This document shows, piece after piece, positions 29,393 through 39,206 of a stretch of 64,000 nt of DNA. Position 1 is the first letter of the stretch. Every line of letters begins with the position of its first letter. The notes below the pieces were generated by a model. That model had not been told where the DNA came from, ran no database searches, and saw nothing but the letters and a program-made list of their open reading frames with translations. The DNA comes from Patescibacteria group bacterium. GTDB taxonomy: Bacteria; Patescibacteriota; Microgenomatia; Levybacterales; UBA12049. A program made the translations under genes and the position numbers. The DNA lies in NCBI GenBank assembly GCA_038063415.1, contig JBBTVD010000006.1, forward strand, positions 299,914-363,913. Reading direction: 5' to 3'.

Positions 29393-30052
29393 ATGAAGTA
29401 TTATAAGCAGTTTCTCCTCATGGTTCTTTTTGTACTTTTTGGACTTGTTGTTTGGTATGGGCTGAGTGAAGGTCTTGTCTATATGTTTACCATCCCGATA
29501 TTTGCCGTTGGAGTTTTCTTGACCTTTTACTTATCAAGAGAATTTGATGTAGATGTCCATAGCAAAAAGGGAACACAACCTGATACTTTGCACTACATCC
29601 AATCACGGAAATGGACAATTATTATCTATTGTGTATTCTTCTTCCTTATTACCGCTTTTGTCTGGAGCTATCTTAACAGCAACCTCCTTACGGCAATTAA
29701 AGACTTTTCGTATATGGGTGTCCTCATTTGGCTCTTTGTCCTCTATGTACTGCTTGCACCATCTCTACTTGAAAAAATAGAAACAAAATTGTCAAAATCA
29801 CTTAAATTGCTCACGAGTGGAGAATGGACACGAGGATATCTATTCCTCTTACCAATCACCTTCCTTATATATATCCTTTATCCCTATGAAGAATTACAAC
29901 AGTTCATTATTGAAAAGATTTTCTTCTTCCCCCTTTTCTTTATCGTGTACACCTTTGCTTTTGTGGCTGTGTATTGTATTACCTACCTCTATGAGTCTAT
30001 GCGCTCTGAAGATATAAAGCTTCGTCCTGGAGAAAAAGCTCTTAACGGGTAA
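29393..30052 (+). CDS. Hypothetical polytopic membrane protein
   Basis: 219 aa with 6-7 hydrophobic segments. Confidence 0.35.
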   Translation: MKYYKQFLLMVLFVLFGLVVWYGLSEGLVYMFTIPIFAVGVFLTFYLSREFDVDVHSKKGTQPDTLHYIQSRKWTIIIYCVFFFLITAFVWSYLNSNLLTAIKDFSYMGVLIWLFVLYVLLAPSLLEKIETKLSKSLKLLTSGEWTRGYLFLLPITFLIYILYPYEELQQFIIEKIFFFPLFFIVYTFAFVAVYCITYLYESMRSEDIKLRPGEKALNG

Positions 30053-30788
30053 CTCGCGAGGAGACTAACCCATTCGCAAGTCTATCCGCACGTTCATTAT
30101 TGGGATCACCTGAATGACCAAGTACCTTTACAAAATCTATTTCTAGTTTATTTTTTTCAATAAGACCAAATATATCTCCAAAGATTTCCTGATTTTTTAC
30201 AATCTTTGCGAGTGGCTTTTTCATGTTAAACAGACTTATCTGACTATCTGTCGACAATTTGATTTTCTTGTAGCCTTTTTCAACTGCCCATGCAAGACCA
30301 TGATAGATAGCAAGCGCTTCAGCGATATTATTGGTTTGTCTTCCTGCAACAAGCCCTGCTCTCTCTGTCTTCCCACTGACAAATGCCCATGCTGCTTTTG
30401 CCCGAGGCGTACCATTGTAGACACAAGCACCATCAGTCCAAATCTCGATATCATAAGAGATTCTGGAGTCACTATCGTTCCCCAGAATGACGTCATTCTG
30501 TTTCTTTTGCTTTCTGTCATCCTGGCTCCCGCCTGCAGCGCGTTGCTTTGCATTGCGGGCAGGTGTCCAGGATCTCTCTATTGATTCTTTTTCTTCAAAG
30601 AGAGGAGTGTTCGTTACTTTAAATTTGCTGTCATGATAGAGCTTATGACAATGAGCACACCAATAATAAGCACGATAATAGTATGGCTTATTTCGTTGTG
30701 CTGCGCTTTGTTTGGTTGCTTTCTCAACCAAGAGATTCCCACACTCTTTACATCGTTTCTCTTTTTCCATCAAGCTAAATAATACCAC
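30042..30788 (-). CDS. rnhA: Ribonuclease HI with N-terminal zinc-ribbon
   Basis: CxxC...CxxC N-terminus. RNase H motifs IWTDGAC, LSTDSQ and HSGDPNNERADRLA. In-frame mini-elements in the linker. Confidence 0.7.
   Translation of the reverse strand: MVLFSLMEKEKRCKECGNLLVEKATKQSAAQRNKPYYYRAYYWCAHCHKLYHDSKFKVTNTPLFEEKESIERSWTPARNAKQRAAGGSQDDRKQKKQNDVILGNDSDSRISYDIEIWTDGACVYNGTPRAKAAWAFVSGKTERAGLVAGRQTNNIAEALAIYHGLAWAVEKGYKKIKLSTDSQISLFNMKKPLAKIVKNQEIFGDIFGLIEKNKLEIDFVKVLGHSGDPNNERADRLANGLVSSRVTR
30459..30575. repeat. Composite palindromic mini-element (module M1 30459-30492 plus module M2 30493-30575)
   Basis: M1 reads GATTCTGGAGTC...CCCCAGAATGACG. M2 reads GTCATCCTGGCTCCCGCCTGCAGCGCGTTGCTTTGCATTGCGGGCAGGTGTCCAGGATC. 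The same modules occur in reversed order at 39544-39641. Confidence 0.7.
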
Positions 30789-30821
30789 AAATGACTAATA
30801 TAGTTTGTTATAATAAAGCAC

Positions 30822-31874
30822 ATGCAGTATCAAACAATCGGAACTACTGACCTTCAGGTTTCCCAAATTTGCCTCGGCTCCATGAATTGGGGAGAACAAA
30901 ATACAGAAATAGAAGCGCATGAGCAGCTGGACTATGCTATGACGCAAGGCATCAACTTTGTTGATACGGCTGAAATTTACCCCATTCCTCCACACGCTGA
31001 CTCCCAAGGACGAACAGAGACATACATTGGTACTTGGCTCAAAAAACGAGGCAAAAGAGACGATCTCATCATCGCCTCAAAGATAGTAGGACGAGATGAA
31101 AGTCTTTCCTATATCAGAGAAGGGAAAACTCCTTGTTTTGATAGGAAGAATATTCGCCAAGCAATTGAAGGATCACTCAAACGATTACAAACTGACTATA
31201 TTGATCTCTATCAGCTCCATTGGCCCGATCGTGACACTAATTACTTTGGCAAGAGAGCCTATCAACACAATCCAAAGGATATATCTATACCGATAGAAGA
31301 AACCCTTGAAGCTCTACAGGAATTAATGAAAGAAGGAAAAATACGATATATCGGTGTTTCCAACGAAACAGCTTGGGGCATCATGCAATTCTTTCGTGGA
31401 CATCATGAGAAAGGCTTACCCCGAATCCAAAGTATTCAAAATGCGTATAGCTTAATCATGAGAGAATATGAGACAGCACTCTCCGAAATTAGCCTAAAGG
31501 AAAAACTAAGTTTGCTTGCCTACTCACCGCTTGCCTTTGGGGTGCTTACCGGTAAATACCTTGGGAAAGTAAACTTCCCTAAAGGCTCACGATTTGACTA
31601 TGCCAAAGGAAGAAATGCTCCTCGGTATAATCCTCCAGAAGCTCAAGCAGCTATTCAAGCATATATTGATCTTGCAAAAAAGCATAATCTCATTCCTGCT
31701 CAAATGGCAATTGCCTTTGTTACTTCACGAGATTTTGTCACTAGTACAATAGTCGGGGCAACGTCACTTGAGCAGCTTAGAGCAGATATTGGAAGCGTTG
31801 CTATAACCTTAACTGATGATATTCTGCAAGAGATTGAAGAGCTACATAAAAAATATCCTAATCCGATAAGCTAA
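30822..31874 (+). CDS. NADP-dependent aldo/keto reductase (Tas-like)
   Basis: AKR motifs GINFVDTAEIY and IDLYQLHWPD. 350 aa. Confidence 0.8.
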   Translation: MQYQTIGTTDLQVSQICLGSMNWGEQNTEIEAHEQLDYAMTQGINFVDTAEIYPIPPHADSQGRTETYIGTWLKKRGKRDDLIIASKIVGRDESLSYIREGKTPCFDRKNIRQAIEGSLKRLQTDYIDLYQLHWPDRDTNYFGKRAYQHNPKDISIPIEETLEALQELMKEGKIRYIGVSNETAWGIMQFFRGHHEKGLPRIQSIQNAYSLIMREYETALSEISLKEKLSLLAYSPLAFGVLTGKYLGKVNFPKGSRFDYAKGRNAPRYNPPEAQAAIQAYIDLAKKHNLIPAQMAIAFVTSRDFVTSTIVGATSLEQLRADIGSVAITLTDDILQEIEELHKKYPNPIS

Positions 31875-32345
31875 ATGAAAAAACAAACTACTGGTGTCTA
31901 CCTCATCAAAGACAACAAGATGCTCTTTCTTGTCCGCAAAAAGAAAAATGACAGGATGCATAGGCAAGGTGTCTATCTCCCCATCGGCGGACATGTAGAA
32001 CTCGGAGAGGGGATAGAAGAAGCAGCAATTAGAGAAGTACAAGAAGAAGCTGGCGTAACGATACATTCTGTCACACTTCGAGGCATTGTCTACATCCGTA
32101 GTCAAAATACCGGAGACTATGACAATATTATCTTTCTTTTTACCTCTTCAGATTTTACTGGTGAGCCAGTCGCGGGGAGGGAAGGATCTTTTGAGTGGGT
32201 AGACATGGAGAAGCTCAATGAAGCAAATCTCTATGAAGGAGATCAAATGTATCTACCACTTCTCCAAAAGCATGACTTTTTTGTGGTGGAGTTTTTGTAT
32301 AAGGGGTTTGAACTCGTGGAACATAAAATACTCAAGCTCGTGTAG
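31875..32345 (+). CDS. NUDIX hydrolase
   Basis: Nudix box GGHVELGEGIEEAAIREVQEEAGV. Confidence 0.7.
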   Translation: MKKQTTGVYLIKDNKMLFLVRKKKNDRMHRQGVYLPIGGHVELGEGIEEAAIREVQEEAGVTIHSVTLRGIVYIRSQNTGDYDNIIFLFTSSDFTGEPVAGREGSFEWVDMEKLNEANLYEGDQMYLPLLQKHDFFVVEFLYKGFELVEHKILKLV

Positions 32346-32399
32346 TAATTTACAAAATATACCATTGACCCAGATAGCTAACCAGAGTATAATAAAATT

Positions 32400-33026
32400 A
32401 TGTCTTTTACTGAAGTACCCCCTGGAGTTCATGGTGAGCCAAAAGAGAGAGGTATCCCTCTAAGATACGCTGATAATGCCTCAGCAGTATCAATTACTGA
32501 CGGACAGGTTGATTTTGCAGATTCCCGCTTAGGACCTGGGGATCCTAATGGAGGTGCGGCTATTGTTACTTTGAGAAATCGACAGACAGGGGAAACGAGC
32601 AGGGTGGCATTTGTGAAAACAGGTCCCCAGTTTGGTCCAGATATAGCAGGTGGTATGGCATCTTCATATGTCACGCTATACGAACCAGGTGGAACGAGGA
32701 ACGCTATAACCACCGTTAGACCGCGTGAAGGAGGGGTTTCTGTGCCTAACCCAGTGACTGTTGGTAGTGCTTATTTTGATAATTTTGCGGGAAAACATCC
32801 ACAATTTGGAGGACTTGGAGAGGTGGTTGAGATAACAGTGAGAGAACCTGGCATTCGTACTCAAGGGCCACAAGTAGGAGAGAATCCTTTCCCTCGGTTA
32901 TTGGACCTTATAAGAAGCGATGAAGCAAGAAGAGCAGGCGGACAGGTTGCTGGTCCTAAGCAGGTATTGCGTTCTGTAGCACCTACATTGCGTGGATTAG
33001 CAAATGCCAAGCTTGGTCAAGGGTAA
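32400..33026 (+). CDS. Hypothetical Gly/Pro/Arg-rich protein of atypical (higher-GC) composition
   Basis: 208 aa, no signal peptide and no recognised domain. GC visibly higher than neighbouring genes. Confidence 0.3.
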   Translation: MSFTEVPPGVHGEPKERGIPLRYADNASAVSITDGQVDFADSRLGPGDPNGGAAIVTLRNRQTGETSRVAFVKTGPQFGPDIAGGMASSYVTLYEPGGTRNAITTVRPREGGVSVPNPVTVGSAYFDNFAGKHPQFGGLGEVVEITVREPGIRTQGPQVGENPFPRLLDLIRSDEARRAGGQVAGPKQVLRSVAPTLRGLANAKLGQG

Positions 33027-33057
33027 CTATAAATTGCTCCGTAACCGTTTGTGCCGT

Positions 33058-33270
33058 TTATAGAAGAATTTTCCCGTCCTCTACTTTTGGCTCAAGGGTA
33101 TCTCCCGGTTTGATTGTCCCTTCAATCATCTGCATGGCTATCTCATCAACAAGTTTTTCTTCAATTGCGCGTCTGAGTGGTCTTGCCCCAAAGATGGGAT
33201 CATAGCCAATCTCCGCAAAATAGAGCGCAAGGTCATCCGAAACTTTCAAATCGATGTTATTTTCTCGCAT
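33058..33270 (-). pseudogene. clpB 3'-terminal gene fragment (duplicate of 34825-35037)
   Basis: About 188 bp identical to the 3' end of clpB (33083-33270 matches 34849-35037). It encodes the last 70 aa of ClpB with one substitution. Confidence 0.7.
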
Positions 33271-33358
33271 ACGTAGCTAAACCACCTGTCGGGTGGTAAA
33301 AATAGATTTTTGTATAAGGGGTTTGAACTGGTGGGCACAAGGTGTAAAGCTTATATAA

Positions 33359-33574
33359 TTATTTCAACTTGATAAATTCTTTTTCCGTTGATTCGGCTTG
33401 TTTGATAATGCCTTTGAGAAGTCCATGTTTTATGTCTTTTGCATGCATGGGAATCGGAAGAATGTGCTTTCTTTCTGGATGATACATAATAAGATGACTT
33501 CCTGTTTGTCGCTTCTGAATATATCCCAAGGTCTCAAGAATCCGAATTATTTCTCTTGGTTTAAATGCTGTCAT
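33359..33574 (-). CDS. hicA: HicA-family mRNA-interferase toxin
   Basis: GSHLIMYHPE...IKHGLLKGIIKQA, typical of HicA (YcfA). 71 aa. Confidence 0.75.
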   Translation of the reverse strand: MTAFKPREIIRILETLGYIQKRQTGSHLIMYHPERKHILPIPMHAKDIKHGLLKGIIKQAESTEKEFIKLK

Positions 33575-33834
33575 AACGCAAGATGAGGACGGTGAACTGC
33601 AACTTTTGTCACTATAACTTCTTTGCTTTCTTGTGGAATTGTTTCACCCGTTTCTTCAAGCACAGCAAGGTAGCCTGCGATAGCATCTTTCACTAGAGCA
33701 ACAGCTTCTTCAAAGGTTTCTCCTTGTGTCACACAACCAGGAAGCGTTGGTACTGAAGCGATATAGCCGCCTTCATCGGCTGGTTCAAAGACGACAGTGT
33801 ATTCTAATACTTTCTGAGAAATTTTCTGTTTCAT
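33571..33834 (-). CDS. hicB: HicB-family antitoxin
   Basis: YTVVFEPADEGGYIASVPTLPGCVTQGETFEEAVALVKDAIAGYL. ATG at 33834; ATGA overlap with hicA. Confidence 0.75.
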   Translation of the reverse strand: MKQKISQKVLEYTVVFEPADEGGYIASVPTLPGCVTQGETFEEAVALVKDAIAGYLAVLEETGETIPQESKEVIVTKVAVHRPHLAL

Positions 33835-34147
33835 AGAGTTATTATAGCAGCTTTTTTGAGTACATGCATATTTGATACAATGCTTGTAATATTTCAGAGT
33901 TCTTGACAAAAATACGCAAAGAATACGTAATGTTGTCATGCTGATTTATTTCAGCATCTTATTAGCCACGAAAGTAGATCCTGAAACAAGTTCAGGATGA
34001 CACTGTGTCAGTAGCTCTGAAATGTTTCTCGTTAAATTGTTAGTTGCAAAGCTAGGACAGATCGAATGTGGATATTATCTTTGTGGTGGAGTTTTTGTAT
34101 AAGGGATTTGCATTCGTTGAGCACCACGTTTTGAAGGCTCTATCGTT

Positions 34148-34795
34148 CTAAAAGAGCATGTGTAAAATAATCATAAGTTGAGAATATAAAGAAGTGATTA
34201 GTAAATAAACCACAGTTCCCCCTATCCAAAGAAGTAATACACCAAAAGACATTCTCACGCTTGAGTCAGCCGTCCACCATTCATGGGGACCTGCAGACCC
34301 GCACCCATAAGTATCCATATCAGAACTATAAACCAAGAATACCTTATCAGTAAGTGAGGCAAAAGTAACCTGGTGCGCTTTGGCAAGCTTCTTTACGAGA
34401 TCTTTATCATTATTCGTATAATAAGACATGTCTCTTGGATTTATCCAGGGCTGAGCTATTAAAATATCGTTTGCTCCTTTTCTCTGAAACAGGGAGAGTT
34501 TGAACTGATGAAAGTATGTTTGTAATTCATTTTTCGTTAAATCTGATGTAACTAATTTTGAAACAGTATAAAAGCACAAATCTCCATTGCTAGAATTACC
34601 CCGCGATTGTTTGTAAGAAATTCCTATTTGTTTGGTATGTGGAGGAAGCGCAATATGCTCTAATTCATACGCAAGTTTATCTCTATGGTCTAGCGAAGAA
34701 GGAACAGGTATAAAGAATATGCTTAGTAAAAAGAGGAGAGCTAGAGTAATTAAAAAATGTGATTTAGTAATTAGCTTTGATCGGTGCGATGACAT
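34148..34795 (-). CDS. Hypothetical membrane-anchored (signal-anchor) protein
   Basis: N-terminal hydrophobic segment followed by a 180-aa soluble region with no recognised motif. Confidence 0.35.
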   Translation of the reverse strand: MSSHRSKLITKSHFLITLALLFLLSIFFIPVPSSLDHRDKLAYELEHIALPPHTKQIGISYKQSRGNSSNGDLCFYTVSKLVTSDLTKNELQTYFHQFKLSLFQRKGANDILIAQPWINPRDMSYYTNNDKDLVKKLAKAHQVTFASLTDKVFLVYSSDMDTYGCGSAGPHEWWTADSSVRMSFGVLLLWIGGTVVYLLITSLYSQLMIILHMLF

Positions 34796-34824
34796 CGCTC
34801 AATGATAGCAAGTCAATCTTGGCT

Positions 34825-36972
34825 TTACAAGAGTATCTTCCCGTCCTTCACTTTTGGCTCAAGGGTATCTCCCGGTTTGATTGTCCCTTCAATCATCTGC
34901 ATGGCTATCTCATCAACAAGTTTTTCTTCAATTGCGCGTCTGAGTGGTCTTGCCCCAAAGATGGGATCATAGCCAATCTCCGCAAAATAGAGCGCAAGGT
35001 CATCCGAAACTTTCAAATCGATGTTATTTTCTCGCATACGTTCCTGTACTTTCTTTAGTTGCTGCTCGCTAATTTGCAAGAGATCCTTAGGGGAGAGGGG
35101 ATTATAGATAATTACCCCACTCATTCGGTTAAGAAATTCTGGTTTGAAATGTCGATGTAGCACTTTCCATACTTTCTTGTCCTCCGTAGCTTTAGCAGAG
35201 GAGGATTTCTCCTCTCCTTGCAGTACCTCACTTGCCAGATTACTTGTCATGATAATAATCGTATTACGGAAGTCGACGGTAACTCCTTTGCTATCAGTAA
35301 GATGTCCCTCATCAAAAATTTGTAGAAAGAGATTAAAGACTTGTGGATGTGCTTTCTCGACTTCATCAAAAAGAATGACAGAGTAAGGGCGACGTCTTAC
35401 TGCTTCGGTCAGTTGCCCTCCTTCATCATAGCCGACATACCCGGGAGGCGCACCAATAAGTCGAGCAACGGCATGAGACTCCATGTATTCACTCATATCG
35501 ATTCTGATCATTGCGTGTTCATCATTAAAGAGTTGACGAGCTAGCGCTTTGGCAGTTTCTGTCTTTCCAACGCCAGTTGGACCAAGGAAAAGAAATGACC
35601 CAATTGGTTGACTCTTCTCTCCAAGTCCTGAACGAGAACGCCTGATGGCACGAGAGACCACATCAATTGCTTTTTCTTGGCCAACAACTTGCTTCTTCAA
35701 ATCTTCTTCCAGACGGAGGAGACGTTCTGATTCTGTCGAGAGCATACGAGAGACGGGGATACCAGTCCAGCGAGCAACGACCCGCGCGATGTCATCATCA
35801 TCAACTTCCTCTCGCAAGACTCTTTCTTCTGTCGGGATAGCATTCCAAGCTTCGTGAAGTGTCGCAAGTTGCTTTTCAAGCTCTGGAACTTTACCGTACT
35901 TGATCTCTGCTGCTTTTTGCAGATCTACCTCTCGTTCTGCTTGTTCAAGCTCAATGCGAAATGCGTCAATTTTTGCTCGTACGTCTTGCAGTTTTTGAAT
36001 GGTTTCTTTTTGTTTTCGCCAACGATCTTCGAGCATTTCTGCTTCTTTCTTTAATCCTTCCAATTCTTTTGTCTGTTGGTCATAGCGAGCCTTTGCCATA
36101 TCTGTTTTTTCCTTTTTGAGTGCTGCTTGTTCGATTTCAATCTGCATGATTTTACGCTTCAGCGCATCAAGTTCTGCCGGCATACTTTCGGTTTCAATTT
36201 TGATTGCTGCAGCAGCCTCATCGACTAAATCAATTGCTTTATCTGGCAAGAATCGCTGGGGGATATACTGTGCAGAAAGTTTGGCAGCAGCAATAATCGC
36301 GTTATCCGTAATTCGAATCCCGTGATGCAGTTCATACTTTTGCTTAATGCCACGAAGAATCGAAATCGTATCTTCAATGGTAGGTTCTTCAACCATAACT
36401 GGCTGAAAGCGGCGTGCGAGTGCGGGATCTTTTTCGATATACTTACGGTATTCCGCAATAGTCGTCGCCCCAATCATTCGGAGTAAGCCACGGGCGAGGG
36501 GAGGCTTAAGCATATTTGCAGCATCGACCGATCCTTCTGCTGCACCACCACCGACGATGGTATGCAATTCATCAATAAACATAATATATTTACCATCAGA
36601 ATCTTCAACTGCTTTGAGCACTGCTTTGAGTCGCTCTTCGAATTCACCACGGAATTTGGCACCGGCGAGCAGCTGGGCAAAATCGAGGATCAAAACCTCT
36701 TTATCTCGCAGGGGAGTCGGTACTGATTTTTCGACAATCTTTTGTGCAAGTCCTTCAACAATTGCGGTTTTCCCGACACCAGGATCGCCAATGAGAATCG
36801 GATTGTTCTTGGTTCGACGAGAGAGGATCTCCATTACCCGGCGGATTTCAACCTCACGGCCAATAACCGGATCAATTTCCCCCGATTTAGCCTGAAGACT
36901 CAAATTAATCGTGAACTTTTTAAGCGCCTCCTCGGGGGAGACAGGTTTGAGCATGTCTTGAATATTTGTCAT
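34825..36972 (-). CDS. clpB: ClpB-type AAA+ disaggregase lacking the N-domain
   Basis: Two AAA modules (GDPGVGKTA and GPTGVGKTE), a long coiled-coil M-domain between them, and a C-terminal D2 small domain. 715 aa beginning directly at NBD1. Confidence 0.9.
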   Translation of the reverse strand: MTNIQDMLKPVSPEEALKKFTINLSLQAKSGEIDPVIGREVEIRRVMEILSRRTKNNPILIGDPGVGKTAIVEGLAQKIVEKSVPTPLRDKEVLILDFAQLLAGAKFRGEFEERLKAVLKAVEDSDGKYIMFIDELHTIVGGGAAEGSVDAANMLKPPLARGLLRMIGATTIAEYRKYIEKDPALARRFQPVMVEEPTIEDTISILRGIKQKYELHHGIRITDNAIIAAAKLSAQYIPQRFLPDKAIDLVDEAAAAIKIETESMPAELDALKRKIMQIEIEQAALKKEKTDMAKARYDQQTKELEGLKKEAEMLEDRWRKQKETIQKLQDVRAKIDAFRIELEQAEREVDLQKAAEIKYGKVPELEKQLATLHEAWNAIPTEERVLREEVDDDDIARVVARWTGIPVSRMLSTESERLLRLEEDLKKQVVGQEKAIDVVSRAIRRSRSGLGEKSQPIGSFLFLGPTGVGKTETAKALARQLFNDEHAMIRIDMSEYMESHAVARLIGAPPGYVGYDEGGQLTEAVRRRPYSVILFDEVEKAHPQVFNLFLQIFDEGHLTDSKGVTVDFRNTIIIMTSNLASEVLQGEEKSSSAKATEDKKVWKVLHRHFKPEFLNRMSGVIIYNPLSPKDLLQISEQQLKKVQERMRENNIDLKVSDDLALYFAEIGYDPIFGARPLRRAIEEKLVDEIAMQMIEGTIKPGDTLEPKVKDGKILL

Positions 36973-37066
36973 AGCAAAGAAAGTTGCAGAGAGAGCACAT
37001 ACGAAGAAGAACTATATCATTCTGTATCTACATCTTTGAATCTCAGAACTTATCCACATACTACTA

Positions 37067-37093
37067 CTTAGCAATACTAGTTGTCAAGTGCTA
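37067..37093. promoter_or_regulatory. CIRCE-like inverted repeat (putative HrcA operator) overlapping the clpB -35
   Basis: Minus strand reads TTAGCACTT-N9-TATTGCTAA against the CIRCE consensus TTAGCACTC-N9-GAGTGCTAA (15/18). It overlaps TTGACA-17-TAGTAT. Confidence 0.4.
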
Positions 37094-37387
37094 ATTTTAT
37101 AGGACAATATTTATTATAGGTCTATTCTGTGAAAAGTCCTTTTCGTATTTTTTTCACACCCTACTCTTCTCTTCTTCTCGTATATTACTTTATTGAACCA
37201 GACAAAACTTGAAAAAACGATGTTAATACTCTACGAATCATAACTGAATATTTTCTATACATGCTAAAAAAATGTATACCACGGCTCCTTTCTGGACAGA
37301 TATTTCTATCTATTCTTAGTATACTTTTATTCTCTGAGAAAAAGTTGAATATTTCTTAAGAAAAACGTAAGAGCTTCTCCCCCTCCC

Positions 37388-37416
37388 TTGACTTCCCTCT
37401 TGCTTCATTCTATGCT
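37388..37416 (+). promoter_or_regulatory. Sigma70-like promoter TTGACT-17-TATGCT, 6 nt upstream of the mscS ATG (leaderless-type)
   Basis: TTGACT at 37388-37393, TATGCT at 37411-37416, ATG at 37423. Confidence 0.4.
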
Positions 37417-37422
37417 GAGAGT

Positions 37423-38202
37423 ATGGATTTTGGTCAACTTTTTTTAAGTAATGAAGCACTCACAAAATATTTCTTTATTGGACTAACTTTGCTTATCACA
37501 ATTATTATAGATCTCTTCCTCCGCTCACTTATCAAATTACCAAAAAATATTGAAAATAGAAAAGCCCGAACCGCCACAATGTTCTTCCGTAACTTTGTTA
37601 CCGTAATGATCTATATTATTGCAGCCAACATCATTCTCGTTGAACTTGGAATTAACCTTACTCCCCTCCTCGCTTCCGCAAGTATTATGGGTATTATTAT
37701 TGGTATTAGTCTAAGAAATCTTGTTGAAGATTTTATTTCAGGCCTTTTTATGCTTTCACAAGATACGGTCATCATTGGTGACTATATAAAAGTTGATGAT
37801 ATTGAAGGAACCGTTGAGGCAATCGGTTTTCGAGCGATTACTATCAAACAACAAGATGGATCCCGTTGTGTTATCCCAAATGGACAAGTCAAACGCTTCA
37901 TCAACTATTCACGACATAGAGCAAGTGTCCTTATCGATTTCCCTATCAAAGCTGATCAAAAAATAAAAAAAGTGAAGAGTGCCTTTAATGAAGCCCTTGA
38001 GGAGTTTAAAAAAGATAAACGTTTTGAAGGAATTATTATCCAAGGAACAGGAATTACTGGTATTGAAGAGATAAAAGCAACAGGTCCTATGGTTTTCCGA
38101 GTAACAATCGTTGTCCCACCAAGTATGCGTTTAGAAGCCGGAAGAGCATACAGGGAGTATGCAAAAAAAGCCTGTGAAAAATATCGTATAGCTTTTGGAT
38201 AA
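37423..38202 (+). CDS. mscS: Small-conductance mechanosensitive channel
   Basis: Three N-terminal TM segments followed by an MscS beta-domain (IGDYIKVDDIEGTVEAIGFRAITIKQQDGSRCVIPNGQV). Confidence 0.75.
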   Translation: MDFGQLFLSNEALTKYFFIGLTLLITIIIDLFLRSLIKLPKNIENRKARTATMFFRNFVTVMIYIIAANIILVELGINLTPLLASASIMGIIIGISLRNLVEDFISGLFMLSQDTVIIGDYIKVDDIEGTVEAIGFRAITIKQQDGSRCVIPNGQVKRFINYSRHRASVLIDFPIKADQKIKKVKSAFNEALEEFKKDKRFEGIIIQGTGITGIEEIKATGPMVFRVTIVVPPSMRLEAGRAYREYAKKACEKYRIAFG

Positions 38203-39196
38203 TAATATGTCTGACACACTTACTACTCTCCCTCCAGCAAAAGAAGAAACCGTCGGAAGTATTATGTCGACGAAGATACCAACTTGTCGGCCACATGATA
38301 CTCATGAAAATATCTTACAGCAACTCGCAGGAAACCATTGGGATAGTATCCATGATATTTATGTCGTAGACGCAAACGATAAGCTCGTTGGTTATCTTTC
38401 GCTACAAACCCTCTTGCAATCGAAAAAATCTACCTATGCGTCAACGCTTATGCAGCAAATAAGCTTTTCGCTCAAACCTGATGATGATCAGGAAAAAGCA
38501 GTGTTTCTTGCTGTCAAAGACGATATTATCCGTATCCCAGTCATTGACGAAGCAGGACGATTTGTTGGAGTTGTAAGTGCTCATGCCCTTATCAACGTTA
38601 TGCACGATGAACACTTGGAAGATAGCCTGCTTACAGCTGGTATCCATGGCAAGCACTCAAGTATTACCAAGCTTGCTACTTCTCGTATTGATCTTATTGT
38701 AAAAACACGCGCCCCTTGGTTACTCATTGGATTAACGGCAGCACTCTGTCTTGGATTTATTTCAAGTTGGTTTGAAGAATCTTTAACAAAAACTGTTGCA
38801 ATTGCCTACTTTATTCCGGTCGTTGCCTATATTGCAGATTCGGTAGGGACACAATCTGAAGCAATCGCGGTAAGAGCATTAGCTACTATGAAAATTAACT
38901 ACACGATTTATTTACTTAAGGAAATACTTGTAGGATTAATGCTTGGCGTACTTATTGGAATACTTGGAGGAATTGGCGCTGCTTTGATAGCAAACTCTAC
39001 GACAATTGGTATTGTTGTGGCCTTATCTCTTATGGTAGCGAGCACTGTAGCTTCGGTGCTAGCCTCTCTTATCCCAATACTTTTTAAGATCTTCGGGAAG
39101 GATCCAGCGCTTGGAAGTGGCCCACTCGCAACCGCCTTTCAAGATGTCATTAGTGTACTTGTTTACTTTTCTTTCGCAGTTGCGCTTATTGGCTAG
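38195..39196 (+). CDS. mgtE: Magnesium transporter MgtE
   Basis: CBS pair plus the MgtE TM domain (IADSVGTQSEAIAVRAL...GSGPLATAFQDVISV). Confidence 0.75.
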   Translation: MDNNMSDTLTTLPPAKEETVGSIMSTKIPTCRPHDTHENILQQLAGNHWDSIHDIYVVDANDKLVGYLSLQTLLQSKKSTYASTLMQQISFSLKPDDDQEKAVFLAVKDDIIRIPVIDEAGRFVGVVSAHALINVMHDEHLEDSLLTAGIHGKHSSITKLATSRIDLIVKTRAPWLLIGLTAALCLGFISSWFEESLTKTVAIAYFIPVVAYIADSVGTQSEAIAVRALATMKINYTIYLLKEILVGLMLGVLIGILGGIGAALIANSTTIGIVVALSLMVASTVASVLASLIPILFKIFGKDPALGSGPLATAFQDVISVLVYFSFAVALIG

Positions 39197-39206
39197 CGAT
39201 GTTACT

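Noticed and set aside
33058-33270. 70-aa ORF as an independent small protein
   Set aside because: It is nucleotide-identical to the 3' end of clpB, so it is a gene fragment, not a gene.
32346-34824. Calling the islet a prophage or integrative element
   Set aside because: No integrase, recombinase, transposase or phage structural gene is recognisable within the window. Only repeat scars and a TA pair are present, so mobility remains unproven.
35144-37071. Plus-strand ORFs of 66-112 aa overlapping clpB, and similar ones inside the helicase, trp genes, pilB and the kinases
   Set aside because: They are antisense to, or out of frame with, confidently identified genes, and have low-complexity translations.
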